Positions 1 through 10,357 are shown, numbered from the stretch's first letter. The stretch: 64,000 nucleotides of DNA from a virus (IMGVR_UViG_3300047539_000078:32001-96000); one strand, 5' to 3'. Numbers and translations: made by a program. Notes: a model not told the origin generated them from the letters alone.

Positions 1-2888
1 ATCTTCCGGATGACATTCAGGTCGTTCCAGTTCGCCTCTAACTTGCGCTTGGTGGCGGCGCTCTTCGGGTCTTGGGGATCGAGGTTGTCTATAGCACCCT
101 GCAGGTCGGACATAGATTTGTCTAGGTCGCCCCCTTGCTTGAGCGCTTGATATTTACCAAGATCGTCGCCTGCTATGTCTTTCATTGAAGCTGGGATGAT
201 CGAGTCAACAAATGGTAGACTTTTTAGGATAGATTCAATCGTCTTGAGCGGATCAAGGAGCTTGTTGAATAAGTACTCGAATGCATTGGCGAAATAATCA
301 GCCGACGTGCGGGTCTGTTCCGCCACATCATGGAGCTGCGATTTATCAAGATCACTCGGCCCCAGGGTGTCGGACAATGCCGTGAGGAAAGCCCCACCCT
401 GGTTCGGGTCATCTTGCAGGCCTTTTATGATGTCTTCTTTAAAATCTACGTTTTCGTCCATATATTTCTGGATTTTATCGGTTTCACCTTCTTTGATGCC
501 ATGCGCCTCGAACGTCTTCTGGCCGATCTTGAAGAACTTGCTGTATTCCTCCTGCTTCATACCTTCCGGCAATTTTGCAGCACCTTCATTTACCATACCA
601 GCACTTGTCTCCCCTATAGCCTTGATGAGAGTCATCAAGTCTTCGGGCTTAATACTCAGAGATTTGGCCGCCATCACTGCTTCTAACTTCGTGTTGATTA
701 GGTTGGGATTCTTGCGGAGATCGTTGAAGGAAATACCGGATGCGTCCATGACTTTTTGCAGGTTGGATTGCTGTACGGTCGTCTTCGACAGCATGTCCTG
801 GCCGGTGGACTCCATACCTATAGCGACACCTACCGGGTTTTCTCCCGCCGTTTTGGCTTGATTCAAATGCTGGGATTGGGTAAACGCTCTGTCGATAAGG
901 TTTGAGATGTTTTGAATCTTGCTGGGGTCGACGTTATCCCCCTTCATACGGTCAAGACGACGCCGGGCGTCCAGAATCATACCTGAGTCGGCATTGTCGG
1001 GCAGAAGCTTGTTGGCCTCATCTTGGCTCACGCCCCCTTCTTGGACGAGTGCATCCCGGGCGTCCTTGATTCGCTTCAAGTTGCTATTCTGCTCCCCTTC
1101 GATCCATGCTTTACTGATCCCTGGTGCCATATCCTGGAGGGCGAACGCGACTTGGGGTGTGGTCTTCTGCTCACCGGCACCAGTGATTGCATCCGCCATG
1201 GTTTTGAGGTCATCGCCGGTAGATGCACCCGTCGCGCCAAGCACTTGGATGATACTCACCGCCTCATTGAAAGACTTGTTCATCTTGTCGAATTGATCGG
1301 TCAAGTCATCGACGACCTTGAGATATGCCGACGTGCTGATGCCAGCCAAACGGGCTTGCGTGTTGATGTTCGCCAGGAAGTCAAAGGTTGCATTGAATGA
1401 CTGACCCATCTCGTGGATCATCTTCGTCATACGTACTACGCTTTCCGAGGAGTCCAAACCTGCGGCCCGGCCCGCTACCAAGGCGTTGCGCTGGAATTCC
1501 CCGAACACGCCACCGACAAAGCCGTTGGCCGTGTCCGGTCTTCCACCACCGGCAAGACGCTTGTTCTTGAGAGCGCCCGGTTTGCCCGACGATATTTCTG
1601 TGATGTCCAGTCCGTTTTCCTGCATCGCCTGAGCTATAGCTAGGTTGCCGGTGAGATTCTGCCCGAACGCACCCGTAAGGTTGGCACCAAGGTTCTGACG
1701 AACGGTGTTGAGGGCATTGTAGCCGGTCTTGCCGGGGGTGAACAGAGCGGCACCCATGCCTTTTTCGATTTGTTTGTTCTGCTCCGCCATTTTGTCCCAG
1801 ACGCCTGTGATTGCCTTCGCCGCGACGACTCCAGCCATTATCGCTTCGCCGACTCCGGGAATCCCCATCGCCAGCTCGGCGGCCCCGCCGATCATGCCGC
1901 CTTCCTCCCCACCGGCGACCAAGGCCTTCGTGCCGAATTTCGCGAAGCGACGGTATCCACTGCCACCGGCCCCGCCACCGGCGACTTCCTCTGAGGCCAT
2001 CCGGCGCTGCAGCATGTTTCCGAGGCGTGCATTGAGGCCGCGTCCCTTGCGGGATGCCATGATTCTTCCAAGTTCTGCGGATGTGAGTTCGCTGCCCATT
2101 TCCGGCGCGTCGACACCGGCCTTCTGGGCGGCTCTAATGCGGCTGGCGTGAAATCCAGCCGCTTGGACATCCCGCACCGTCGCACGGTCGGACTTCACTC
2201 TCTGGAAAGCACGTTTGCTGTCGAAGAGGGATTCCATTCTTTCCATGATGCGGGACGACGATCCCATTGAGCGGAGGCTGGAGTTCAGGTTTCTCACGTG
2301 CGACTCGAACCCGGCGATGCTTCTCGTGTCGAATCTCGTGTTGAGGCGTCCCACTTCCTTGATGACGCCGGAGACGGTGCTCTTGAAATCCTTCATCTTG
2401 TCGGCGGCGACGGCGACGCTGCCGCCGAAGTGATCAGCTTCCTTCTTCGCGGTCTTGAACGTGTCTTCGAGGACTCTGATTTGGCGGTTGAGAGCGGCTG
2501 CGGCGGACGGGCTTTCCTTGGCGAGGCGCTGGGTAAGGGCGAGCAAATCCCCCACATCATCGACGACTTCCTTCCAGGTGACCTTCTGCGCACCCATACC
2601 GGAACCGATGCGCTTGTTGATTTCGGCTATTTTGCGCTGGACATCCTCGATCTTCTGGGAAGTGTTAAGAACATCCTTGAGACCGCCATTCATCTTCTGC
2701 GTGGACTCGAACGCCTTCTTGAAGTCATCCACCAGCGTGACCATTTGAAGGTGTATCTGCACGGTGGCATTCGCAAGGGCAGCGATGGACGACAGAAGCT
2801 GTGCGCTCTGGTCGCCAAGGGGGGCGGTCGCGTCGCTCTTTTTGGGCGTCCCGGGGTTATCCGGTCTAAAGAACTTTGGGTCGGCCAT
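1..2888 (-). CDS. Tape-measure-like long helical tail protein, partial (runs off left edge); apparent frameshifts in the first ~350 nt
   Basis: ATG at 2888 just after the upstream stop. After indels near 2850-2760 and ~2550 the frame reads as Ala/Gly/Lys-rich helical sequence with a hydrophobic AAELAMGIPGVGEAIMAGVVAA segment and no stop was noticed before the edge. Lies downstream of chaperone-like genes. Absent from the ORF track, presumably because its stop is outside the window. Confidence 0.6.
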   Translation of the reverse strand, partial: MADPKFFRPDNPGTPKKSDATAPLGDQSAQLLSSIAALANATVQIHLQMVTLVDDFKKAFESTQKMNGGLKDVLNTSQKIEDVQRKIAEINKRIGSGMGAQKVTWKEVVDDVGDLLALTQRLAKESPSAAAALNRQIRVLEDTFKTAKKEADHFGGSVAVAADKMKDFKSTVSGVIKEVGRLNTRFDTRSIAGFESHVRNLNSSLRSMGSSSRIMERMESLFDSKRAFQRVKSDRATVRDVQAAGFHASRIRAAQKAGVDAPEMGSELTSAELGRIMASRKGRGLNARLGNMLQRRMASEEVAGGGAGGSGYRRFAKFGTKALVAGGEEGGMIGGAAELAMGIPGVGEAIMAGVVAAKAITGVWDKMAEQNKQIEKGMGAALFTPGKTGYNALNTVRQNLGANLTGAFGQNLTGNLAIAQAMQENGLDITEISSGKPGALKNKRLAGGGRPDTANGFVGGVFGEFQRNALVAGRAAGLDSSESVVRMTKMIHEMGQSFNATFDFLANINTQARLAGISTSAYLKVVDDLTDQFDKMNKSFNEAVSIIQVLGATGASTGDDLKTMADAITGAGEQKTTPQVAFALQDMAPGISKAWIEGEQNSNLKRIKDARDALVQEGGVSQDEANKLLPDNADSGMILDARRRLDRMKGDNVDPSKIQNISNLIDRAFTQSQHLNQAKTAGENPVGVAIGMESTGQDMLSKTTVQQSNLQKVMDASGISFNDLRKNPNLINTKLEAVMAAKSLSIKPEDLMTLIKAIGETSAGMVNEGAAKLPEGMKQEEYSKFFKIGQKTFEAHGIKEGETDKIQKYMDENVDFKEDIIKGLQDDPNQGGAFLTALSDTLGPSDLDKSQLHDVAEQTRTSADYFANAFEYLFNKLLDPLKTIESILKSLPFVDSIIPASMKDIAGDDLGKYQALKQGGDLDKSMSDLQGAIDNLDPQDPKSAATKRKLEANWNDLNVIRK

Positions 2889-2896
2889 CTAGTTCC

Positions 2897-3493
2897 TTAT
2901 TCTTCCTTTGGCGTCTCTTCAACGGTCAGTGAATTGACCGTTTCAGCGATCACATTTTTGTTAGCGGCTTCGATTTCGCGGAGCGCCTGATCCATGAAGC
3001 GCTTCTCGACTTCCGTCATGACGGCGGAATCCGGGAACGACTTCGCGAGGCGATCCTCGATGCGCTGGCTGTGGACCATGACAGCCTTCCATAGAATGGT
3101 CGTCACTTCCTGTCCCCAGCCGAGGATGAGGTTGCGGAGCACGACTTGAACATCCTTTTTCGCCTTCGTCGCGTCGGTCGGGTCCGGCACGAAGCGGTCG
3201 GCTCCCTTCAGTTCCCGGATGTTCACACCATCGATCCACGATATCGCACGCGACAGCATCTCGCACTTGATGAGCTGCACCCATATATAGCCCTTCGATT
3301 GCTCCGTAGCAAGAAGTGCGGCGACCTCTTCCTCCGTGGGAATGTTGCTGATGCGGAGCTGCACCTTGCGGCCACCGGCGTCGAGGGTGAGGATTTCCTC
3401 GTAGTCCTCGATGCCAAAAAATCTAACTCCGGCAAGAACTTCTTCTAATGTTGGGGTGAGAATCGTTTCAACACCCGTTTGTCCATCACTCAT
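2897..3493 (-). CDS. Putative tail assembly chaperone / baseplate-hub-like protein
   Basis: ATG 3493 with GGGAGG RBS; position directly upstream of the tape-measure-like gene. Confidence 0.45.
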   Translation of the reverse strand: MSDGQTGVETILTPTLEEVLAGVRFFGIEDYEEILTLDAGGRKVQLRISNIPTEEEVAALLATEQSKGYIWVQLIKCEMLSRAISWIDGVNIRELKGADRFVPDPTDATKAKKDVQVVLRNLILGWGQEVTTILWKAVMVHSQRIEDRLAKSFPDSAVMTEVEKRFMDQALREIEAANKNVIAETVNSLTVEETPKEE

Positions 3494-3536
3494 AACTTCC
3501 TCCCTTAAATGGTGTCTCAAGTCCAAACATCAAAAC

Positions 3537-4586
3537 TTACTGGTAGCGCGTGATCTTGTCCTTAGGATTCTCGACAAGTTCGGTGTCCCGCATGATCGGA
3601 CGCCCCTTTTTCAGATTCTTCTCCCGCTCGCGAACCTGTTCTTGGGTAATGATGGTAAAGCCTTCCTTCTGAGAGACTCCGGCACCTCCACGCTTAGTCA
3701 CGATGCCTTCTAGGCGTTTGGCTTCCGCCTCGGCGGCGGCGACTTGCTGGCGGGCGAATGCATTCATGACCTTTTCATGCTTGTCGTCGGAAAGCATGCC
3801 TTTGAGTTCCCGCATGAGACCCTCAGTCGTGTCGGACGGATGACCCCAGCCGTCATCCAGGTTGACGGTCTGCTGCTTGACGACACTCTCCCACGCCTCC
3901 ATGGCGTCCGGCTGCAATATTCGCCCAGCGGTCTTGAGTTCCGCAGCGAAGCCGTCCATAGCATGACCGGTCCAAGGCCGCACAATCATAGTGGCATTCA
4001 TTATGTTGTCAAGGCGTGTCTTGTTCAACTCCCGATAAGTGCAAAGTGTGGCCCACAGACGTGCGTGGTGCGGCGGTGCAAGAATCTTGATCCGTGCACC
4101 ATCAGGCATAGCGATGACCTTATTCTCAAATGATGTGAGGGCGATCCCCTTCCCGTGCCATTGGAATTCACTTAGACTGGTGGTCGAGTAGGCCGTCATA
4201 TAGGGCGCGAGGCTGATGTCGTATTCCGTCATTTCCTTGACGACTCGTGCTAATGCGAAGACCTCAACGCCGGTCAACTCGTTTAGCTGATCCCGCGTGA
4301 ACGACGTGGCTAAAAGTAGCGTGTTCTCTACGAATTCCAAGTCTTTATACCAACGGGAAAGCAGTTTCCGCTCGGTCGTGTGGACTCCCCGGACCCACCC
4401 TACGCGCTTGGTGCCGACTAGGAGTGGACGAATTCTGGCACCCATGTCCAAAAGCTCCTCGCAGGCGTCGGACACCCGCGACCGGACATCAGCGATGAGT
4501 TTCGGTTCGGCGTGCTGGATGGAGCCGGAGAAGATTTCATTCATCAACTCCGTGCCTGACATGCCCTTGAGATTTTTATTTGGCAT
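3537..4586 (-). CDS. Hypothetical tail-module protein (349 aa)
   Basis: Start MPNKNLKG at 4586 overlaps the upstream stop; co-oriented with the tail module. Confidence 0.6.
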   Translation of the reverse strand: MPNKNLKGMSGTELMNEIFSGSIQHAEPKLIADVRSRVSDACEELLDMGARIRPLLVGTKRVGWVRGVHTTERKLLSRWYKDLEFVENTLLLATSFTRDQLNELTGVEVFALARVVKEMTEYDISLAPYMTAYSTTSLSEFQWHGKGIALTSFENKVIAMPDGARIKILAPPHHARLWATLCTYRELNKTRLDNIMNATMIVRPWTGHAMDGFAAELKTAGRILQPDAMEAWESVVKQQTVNLDDGWGHPSDTTEGLMRELKGMLSDDKHEKVMNAFARQQVAAAEAEAKRLEGIVTKRGGAGVSQKEGFTIITQEQVREREKNLKKGRPIMRDTELVENPKDKITRYQ

Positions 4587-5103
4587 TGCGTGCCTTCTTG
4601 AACTGGCCACCAAACCGATTCTGGTCCTCCTCATCATCGGCGTGCTTCGGTATAGCCCCACGATGACCGCTGCCTCTCACGATCTGCCGGTCAATTTCGG
4701 CGGCTTCCGCAAGCTCTTTCTTACCGAATGTTGATTCCATGCGCTTTACGAGCGCATCTGAAGTCGTCTCGGCATCGTCACGGATAGCTTCTCTCCGGCG
4801 GGTGAACTGGATTGGGTCTGGAGCCTTGTAGAGATTACCAGTCGTAAAGTGTTGATTCTCCGGCTGCATGCCCTTGTAGACAATCAAAACGCGGGACAAG
4901 ATTGGCGTCGGAAGCGATGTCATCAGGCGGTAGGCATCTTGGAAGTTCTTTATTTTCAACCCGCTAACCTCAACTAAGGCTGTGGCAAGATAGACACACT
5001 TCTCATCTAAACCCTTTGTTTTCATCTCAAACTCCTCCTTCCATACTAGGCGGCGGAATTTGAACTCAAAGTTGGCCAGTGGGACAGTGATGAGGTCGCT
5101 CAT
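4576..5103 (-). CDS. Hypothetical tail-chaperone-like protein
   Basis: 175 aa ORF, first gene of the minus-strand unit, with GGGTATTAT -10-like motif upstream (~5140). Confidence 0.55.
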   Translation of the reverse strand: MSDLITVPLANFEFKFRRLVWKEEFEMKTKGLDEKCVYLATALVEVSGLKIKNFQDAYRLMTSLPTPILSRVLIVYKGMQPENQHFTTGNLYKAPDPIQFTRRREAIRDDAETTSDALVKRMESTFGKKELAEAAEIDRQIVRGSGHRGAIPKHADDEEDQNRFGGQFKKARNAK

Positions 5104-5206
5104 ACATTTTGTTCCGGGAAGACCTTTAGTCTAAAGTAGATAATACCCCAAAAGTGTAGCCGTCTCAGCGACCGGCGTGGTATAATGGTGGTGAGGGAGA
5201 CAAACC

Positions 5207-5335
5207 ATGACGAAGAAAACGGCAATTTTGGAAGTCAAGAAGATGCTCAGCATCCCGACGATTCCGCTATGGAAGGTTCTCGACTTCGCGGTGAGGCACA
5301 ACATCGAGTGGAAAGACCTGAAGGCGTGGAGGTAG
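5207..5335 (+). CDS. Small hypothetical protein (42 aa)
   Basis: TGGTATAAT at 5178-5186, GAGGGAG RBS, MTKKTAILEVKK... Confidence 0.6.
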   Translation: MTKKTAILEVKKMLSIPTIPLWKVLDFAVRHNIEWKDLKAWR

Positions 5336-5338
5336 AGT

Positions 5339-6001
5339 ATGAAAGCTGTCAGCTATATCTTTGCATCCTTAGTGCTTATCATCGGCTTGACCGTTGCCTA
5401 CGTGGATGACTACATCAGCGGGGGACAACTCTTCCTCATAGTCGCGGCCATCGCGGCATTCCTCTGGGCATCGGTTCTCGTCCTTGATTCGTGGCGGGCG
5501 AAGAACCCCCTCCACTTCGCGCTGCGGGTCGTGTTCAATATGATCTGGCGCAACATCGAACTCTTTTCCAAATCCCTCTTCGCCGCGTTCTTGATTATAG
5601 GCGGAATCTGCGCCATGATAAACTGCGCGGCACCCGCTCCCGCGCTGCCAACGACGGGCGGCGGACCACAGGGGGAGAAGCTCGCGGGATTCGCTAACAG
5701 CGTCCTGTGGCTGCCGGAACAGGTGTGGTACGGGTTCGTCGGAATCCTGCAAATCCTTTCGTTCATCCTCCTGTTCTTCGTCGCGGGCGCGATGGGATGG
5801 GCCGTGCAGAACTTGGGGGCAATCGCAATATTGCTTGTAATCGCCTACGTCGTATGGTTCGTATACAATGTGAACGACTGCATCGACGTTGAAAACATGC
5901 GATTCAAGACATACGCCGTCGTTAACGGCGTATGCGAAAACGTTTACCTGATCACCCCGAACCCAGAGCCGGAAGACGTAGGCAGCCTCTCCACGCCGTA
6001 A
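5339..6001 (+). CDS. Multi-pass membrane protein
   Basis: GGAGG RBS; about five hydrophobic segments. Confidence 0.7.
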   Translation: MKAVSYIFASLVLIIGLTVAYVDDYISGGQLFLIVAAIAAFLWASVLVLDSWRAKNPLHFALRVVFNMIWRNIELFSKSLFAAFLIIGGICAMINCAAPAPALPTTGGGPQGEKLAGFANSVLWLPEQVWYGFVGILQILSFILLFFVAGAMGWAVQNLGAIAILLVIAYVVWFVYNVNDCIDVENMRFKTYAVVNGVCENVYLITPNPEPEDVGSLSTP

Positions 6002-6114
6002 ACCGCGAACAATCCCCTTCCCGAGTAGTATTATGGTGTGCGCCCCGTGTCTCTTATCCGGCACGGTTGGGGGCGGCACCTTTCCCGCCCCCTAATCTCC
6101 TGAAAGGCACCTGC

Positions 6115-7710
6115 ATGCTATCTGAAAATCTCTGCTGGCTTCTTCTCAACAAGAACGAACACGATCTGATAGTCCGATACCGCCGCGAACTGGAGTGGGC
6201 CGCACAAACGCTACACATCCTCGACGTATCCGGCGCGGGCGATGAGCCGTGCGGCCTGGTTCTCGCGTTGATCCTCTCCTACGACAAAGCCAACGGCTAC
6301 TGCCCCAACGAGCAGGAGCTATGCGATTATGTGACATTGCGCAAGAAGGACATTACGACCGCAGAAAAGCTGAAGCACTTCGGGGACGAGCTTGAGCGGA
6401 TGCGCACCTATATAGAAGAGAATCGGGAAATTGTTGACCCCGAAACTAAAAAAAGCGCCATATTCGAGGCCACAGGGCCACTCATTGAGAAGCTGGTTGA
6501 GGAAACACGGCTCACCATGCACGCCAAGAAAGCCGATGTCTACAAGGGATATGCGCTTGGCCAGACCAAAATCATCGGGAAAAAGGGTGTGCCCGACCGC
6601 AAATCCACACCGGATGACGCAGTGCAAATGATCCGGGAATTCTGGGCGAAGGGCGACCTCCCGAAGACGCGGTTGATGCAGGAAGGCGCTCTCCACGAGA
6701 ACACCGACACCGTCAAGCTTGAAGTTGAGCGGTGGATGAGCGGGGACGGAAGCGACCGCATCCTCACTGGCTTCCCACATATTGACAATCATCTTGTCAT
6801 CACGAAGAAATCAAACCAATTCATAGGCATCATGGGGTTTATGAATGACGGCAAGTCTACACTCCTATTGACGATGCTCTACAACATGGCGTGCTTAGGG
6901 AAGAACATCATCCTATGGGTAAAAGAAGCCGACCCGATGATGGTGTGGGTTCGTCTCGCTTTTCTTCACTCCTATCGATACCGGGACGAGTTCGAACTCC
7001 CATCTATACAATCATTCCAAGACAAATCAGCTAGTCAAGAGGACTTAGCAAATCTAAACCGAATCTTGGTCGATATTGAAAACCGTGTCGGCATTCCTGG
7101 GCTGTTCGATGTCAAGTGCCTCACGGATTGGGACACGCTGGTGGCGCATTTGAATGCGAACCAGAAGAATAACCAGTATGACGTATGCGGCATCGACTAC
7201 CTGACACGGCTGGAGATTCCTGGGGGAGACCCAGCTAATTTTGACAAAAATATCGTTGGGTATATTCACAAGGCGTTTGACTTGAGTCGCAACTTTGACG
7301 AAGGACGGGGATTGATCGTCGCCTCGCCAGTGCAGATCAACAGAACCGGATACAAGGACGCAAAGAAAAAGAAGGAAGGGGAGAAGAAGCATGATGTGAC
7401 ATCTATCAACCAGCATTCCGACTTCTTCCGCGACATGGACTTCATCATCAGCATCTTTTCGGATGAAATCATGAAGCGTGCTGGGGACCTTCTCATTGAA
7501 ACGCAGAAGGTCCGTGACGGCGTCTATCCGCCATCGGCACGGGTTCGCATCGATGAGAATTCCCGCTACGTGGGGGCCAGCGCGGCGCAGATTGATGCAC
7601 GGATACAGAATATGATCGAACGGAAGACCGCGTCACCGACTGCAACGTGGAAAGAGACGGTCATAGACTCGATCGACGATAGCCTTGGTCTTGACCCGGA
7701 GATGGGGTGA
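6115..7710 (+). CDS. dnaB: Replicative DnaB-like (SF4) helicase
   Basis: ILTGF, Walker A GFMNDGKST, GIDYL Walker B, PVQINR, DFII, KVRDG motifs; probable start MLSENL. Confidence 0.8.
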   Translation: MLSENLCWLLLNKNEHDLIVRYRRELEWAAQTLHILDVSGAGDEPCGLVLALILSYDKANGYCPNEQELCDYVTLRKKDITTAEKLKHFGDELERMRTYIEENREIVDPETKKSAIFEATGPLIEKLVEETRLTMHAKKADVYKGYALGQTKIIGKKGVPDRKSTPDDAVQMIREFWAKGDLPKTRLMQEGALHENTDTVKLEVERWMSGDGSDRILTGFPHIDNHLVITKKSNQFIGIMGFMNDGKSTLLLTMLYNMACLGKNIILWVKEADPMMVWVRLAFLHSYRYRDEFELPSIQSFQDKSASQEDLANLNRILVDIENRVGIPGLFDVKCLTDWDTLVAHLNANQKNNQYDVCGIDYLTRLEIPGGDPANFDKNIVGYIHKAFDLSRNFDEGRGLIVASPVQINRTGYKDAKKKKEGEKKHDVTSINQHSDFFRDMDFIISIFSDEIMKRAGDLLIETQKVRDGVYPPSARVRIDENSRYVGASAAQIDARIQNMIERKTASPTATWKETVIDSIDDSLGLDPEMG

Positions 7711-7782
7711 TGCTTGAAGCATTTTTAAGTATTGCTTGATTTATACCAAGAACATCGCTAAGATATATTTGGAGACTTTGGA

Positions 7783-8795
7783 ATGGATGACGACAGCAAG
7801 AAAGGGAAGCCACCGGCATACATGCGGTATGTCAAGGACTGGCTTGCAAGCCCGACCAGACGCCTATTTTCAAAGGCCGCCCGATCAGCCTACACGGATT
7901 TGCTTGACACGTGTTGGGACTCCATCAACATGGAAGCTGATTTAGGACCCAACATACCTTATGATATGGAGGAACTCCGTATACTCGCGGATTGCACTCT
8001 TGATGAGTGGAAGGAGTTCGGGGAAAAGGTAGTGTCAAATTTCAAACTCTATCCGGGCAAGGAGGAGGAGTTCCGCACCAATCAAAAGCTTATGGATCAA
8101 TGGATTAAGATGAAAGATAAGCGGGAAAACCAGAGCATCAGAGGCAAAAAAGGAGCAGCGGCTAGATGGCAAAAGACCTAAGCTGCAAGCGGTGCTCCCT
8201 GGACAAAACGGGGAAGGGCTGCCCAGAGTTCCCTCATTGTGAGGATTGTAAGCAGGCAACTGAATTAGCTTATGAGGCCCGCATTGAGGATGTTGGGGAG
8301 TGGAGAGCGAAGCGCGTACCAAAGTATTGCCCCGAGCACAGAGATATCCATGCTTCAAGCATGCATCAAGCATCCACTAAGCATAACCCAAGCATCAAAC
8401 AAGCAATGCCTAAAAATGGCCTTGCAGTTGCAGTTGCAATTGCAGTTCCAGAAGTTGCTGGTGGGCTGGCTGGCATTTCGGAAGCTGATCAGCTTTGCGA
8501 GCATCTTCGTGTCCTATTCAATCAACAGTTCGCGACTCCCTCATGGAAAGGCTCAGCGGAAGAATGCATCAAGCAGTCCGGTTTAGGCGAATGTAAGGCC
8601 ATCCTGTCATGGGCGATGAAGGTTCCTTTTTGGATCAAGCAGATTTCCGGTATGGAGTCGTTCCTGAAGCTTCTTATGTCATCCAGTGAAAGAGGTCTTG
8701 CAGGTCAGTACTTTGCTTGGAAACGTTCCCAGAAGAAAGACACCTCGGATAGTGTAGAGCGCCAGCCCAAATTCAAAGGGAAGAGAATCGCATAA
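7783..8795 (+). CDS. Replication initiator, DUF1376/YdaU-like N-terminus; probably one gene split by a frameshift at ~8170
   Basis: PAYMRYVKDWL...AYTDLLDTCW and GKKGAAARW motifs; low-complexity ASSMHQAS linker; followed by a DnaC-like gene. Confidence 0.65.
8350..8450. repeat. Iteron-like array (AAGCA x5, 11-bp period) plus a TTGCAG hexamer run; candidate replication origin
   Basis: AAGCA starts at 8357, 8368, 8379, 8390, 8401; TTGCAG-like x5 at ~8422-8450. Confidence 0.6.
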
Positions 8796-8804
8796 GAGGG
8801 AAAC

Positions 8805-9545
8805 ATGACTGATGACCCAAAAGACCCATTCGTAAAGACTCGTGTATGGACGAACCGTACGAAGGACCTTTTTCTCCAGTCCATAGCCGATTATATACCT
8901 TCCGGCTACCGCCATATGATTGGACAGCTTCAATACTGCGAAAAGAGTAAGGCATCGCCCACGTTCCAGCGAACGGTCTTTGACCAGCTCAAAGAGAAGC
9001 CCCTCGCGTCGTATGCGTTCTTCGGTCCCGCAGGTGTAGGCAAGACCGCGCTCTCCATGTGGCTGCTGATCGATTGGCTCAAGATGATCAGTAGTTGGGA
9101 TGCATATCCAGGGGGATATGTCAACACAAAAGACGGTGCCCGTCTGATAAGCAAGCCGTTCCGTTCGTCGGCATCCAAGCTCGTCCGCCAGCACCACGCC
9201 TATATTACGGCGGATGATAAGGATGAGGTAGACGAACCGGACATTACCATCGGTCGTCTCTCCAACGCTACACGACCGATGGTGTGGTTATCGGAGTTCG
9301 AGAAGATAGGCCCGATGACCGAATACAAGTTCGAGGTTCTATTTTCTATCGTCGACGAGCTTTACGAGAAGCGCCCATCGTGCCAGCTCGTCATGGATTC
9401 CAACCTGAAACTCGGCGAGTTCGAGGAATACTTCACGGACAAGATAGGACGCCGCATCGCGGAGCTGTGCTACGTGGTGAACTACTTCAACGAGACGATC
9501 GAGGCACCGACTGACGATCAGATGATTGGATCACTTGAAAACTAA
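8805..9545 (+). CDS. DnaC/IstB-like AAA+ helicase loader
   Basis: Walker A GPAGVGKT; IVDELYE, MDSNL and IGRRIAELC match the IstB/DnaC C-terminal pattern. Confidence 0.7.
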   Translation: MTDDPKDPFVKTRVWTNRTKDLFLQSIADYIPSGYRHMIGQLQYCEKSKASPTFQRTVFDQLKEKPLASYAFFGPAGVGKTALSMWLLIDWLKMISSWDAYPGGYVNTKDGARLISKPFRSSASKLVRQHHAYITADDKDEVDEPDITIGRLSNATRPMVWLSEFEKIGPMTEYKFEVLFSIVDELYEKRPSCQLVMDSNLKLGEFEEYFTDKIGRRIAELCYVVNYFNETIEAPTDDQMIGSLEN

Positions 9546-9574
9546 GTATTATTGTCTTAGGAGGTATAGAGCTT

Positions 9575-10067
9575 ATGAATCCAAAAAAACATGAAATACT
9601 GGATGTCGGGTTCAAGAAGATCGGCACCGCCGAGACCCACTACGCGACCGGTGCGCAGCGCGACGCCCGCACGGGCAAGGGCGCTTTCCACTGGATGCCA
9701 TGGGATGCCGTGTTCCTGGTCTCTTGCATCTACGAGAACGGCAACATCGGGCGCAGCAAGAACGCGAACAAGGACGGCAACGACCGCAACTGGGAAAACG
9801 GGATGCCGATCAACGTGTTCGTGCAGTCGGCGATCAACCACCTAACCGCATATCTCTCGGGTGACCGTTCCGAGCCGCATCTCCCGCAGGCCGCGTGGAA
9901 CGTCATCAACGCCATCCAGACTTCCATCTGGGTCTATATGGGGTGGCGTCCGGCTGCGAACTCAACACGCTCATCAACCAGCGCGGACCATACGACCTCA
10001 CGCCGGTGTGCCCGCTGTCCCGAAGGAAATCGAGTGGCTCAAGGTGAAGGGCATCGAGAAGAAATAA
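9575..10067 (+). CDS. dATP/dGTP diphosphohydrolase (DUF5664-like); frameshift near 9960
   Basis: TGAQRD..GKG, RNWENGMP, SAINHL, EPHLPQAAWN motifs; true C-terminus likely ...KGIEKK* at 10067. Confidence 0.75.
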
Positions 10068-10357
10068 TGCGTGCCGCCCTCAAGATCACCGTCGAATTAA
10101 ATGAACTCAACCCCTTGACCTCCGAGCGGGCGGTTTTGAACATCAGCATCCCCATCGGCGAGGACAAGCTCAAGGACCAAGCCGCCCTCCGCGTGGCTAT
10201 CCAATCCGTGCTCGTTCAACTCTACATTGGCGGAATCCCCGTGCAGGAAGGCTCCCGTGTCCGCCTGATCCCACCTACACGCATCCACGAGATTTTTTGC
10301 GACATCCCAAGCATCCTCCTCGCTGACATGAGTCAGATGCCTATTGTACTACCATAA
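10067..10357 (+). CDS. Hypothetical protein
   Basis: TAATG coupling with the previous gene. Confidence 0.55.
   Translation: MRAALKITVELNELNPLTSERAVLNISIPIGEDKLKDQAALRVAIQSVLVQLYIGGIPVQEGSRVRLIPPTRIHEIFCDIPSILLADMSQMPIVLP

Noticed and set aside
2500-4586. Programmed frameshift in the tail chaperone / tape measure region
   Set aside because: Cannot be distinguished from the many apparent sequencing indels, and no clear slippery site stands out
5932-6114. N-terminal extension of DnaB given in the ORF track
   Set aside because: The region holds a promoter-like TAGTATTAT and a GC hairpin; ATG 6115 with an AAGG RBS is the more plausible start
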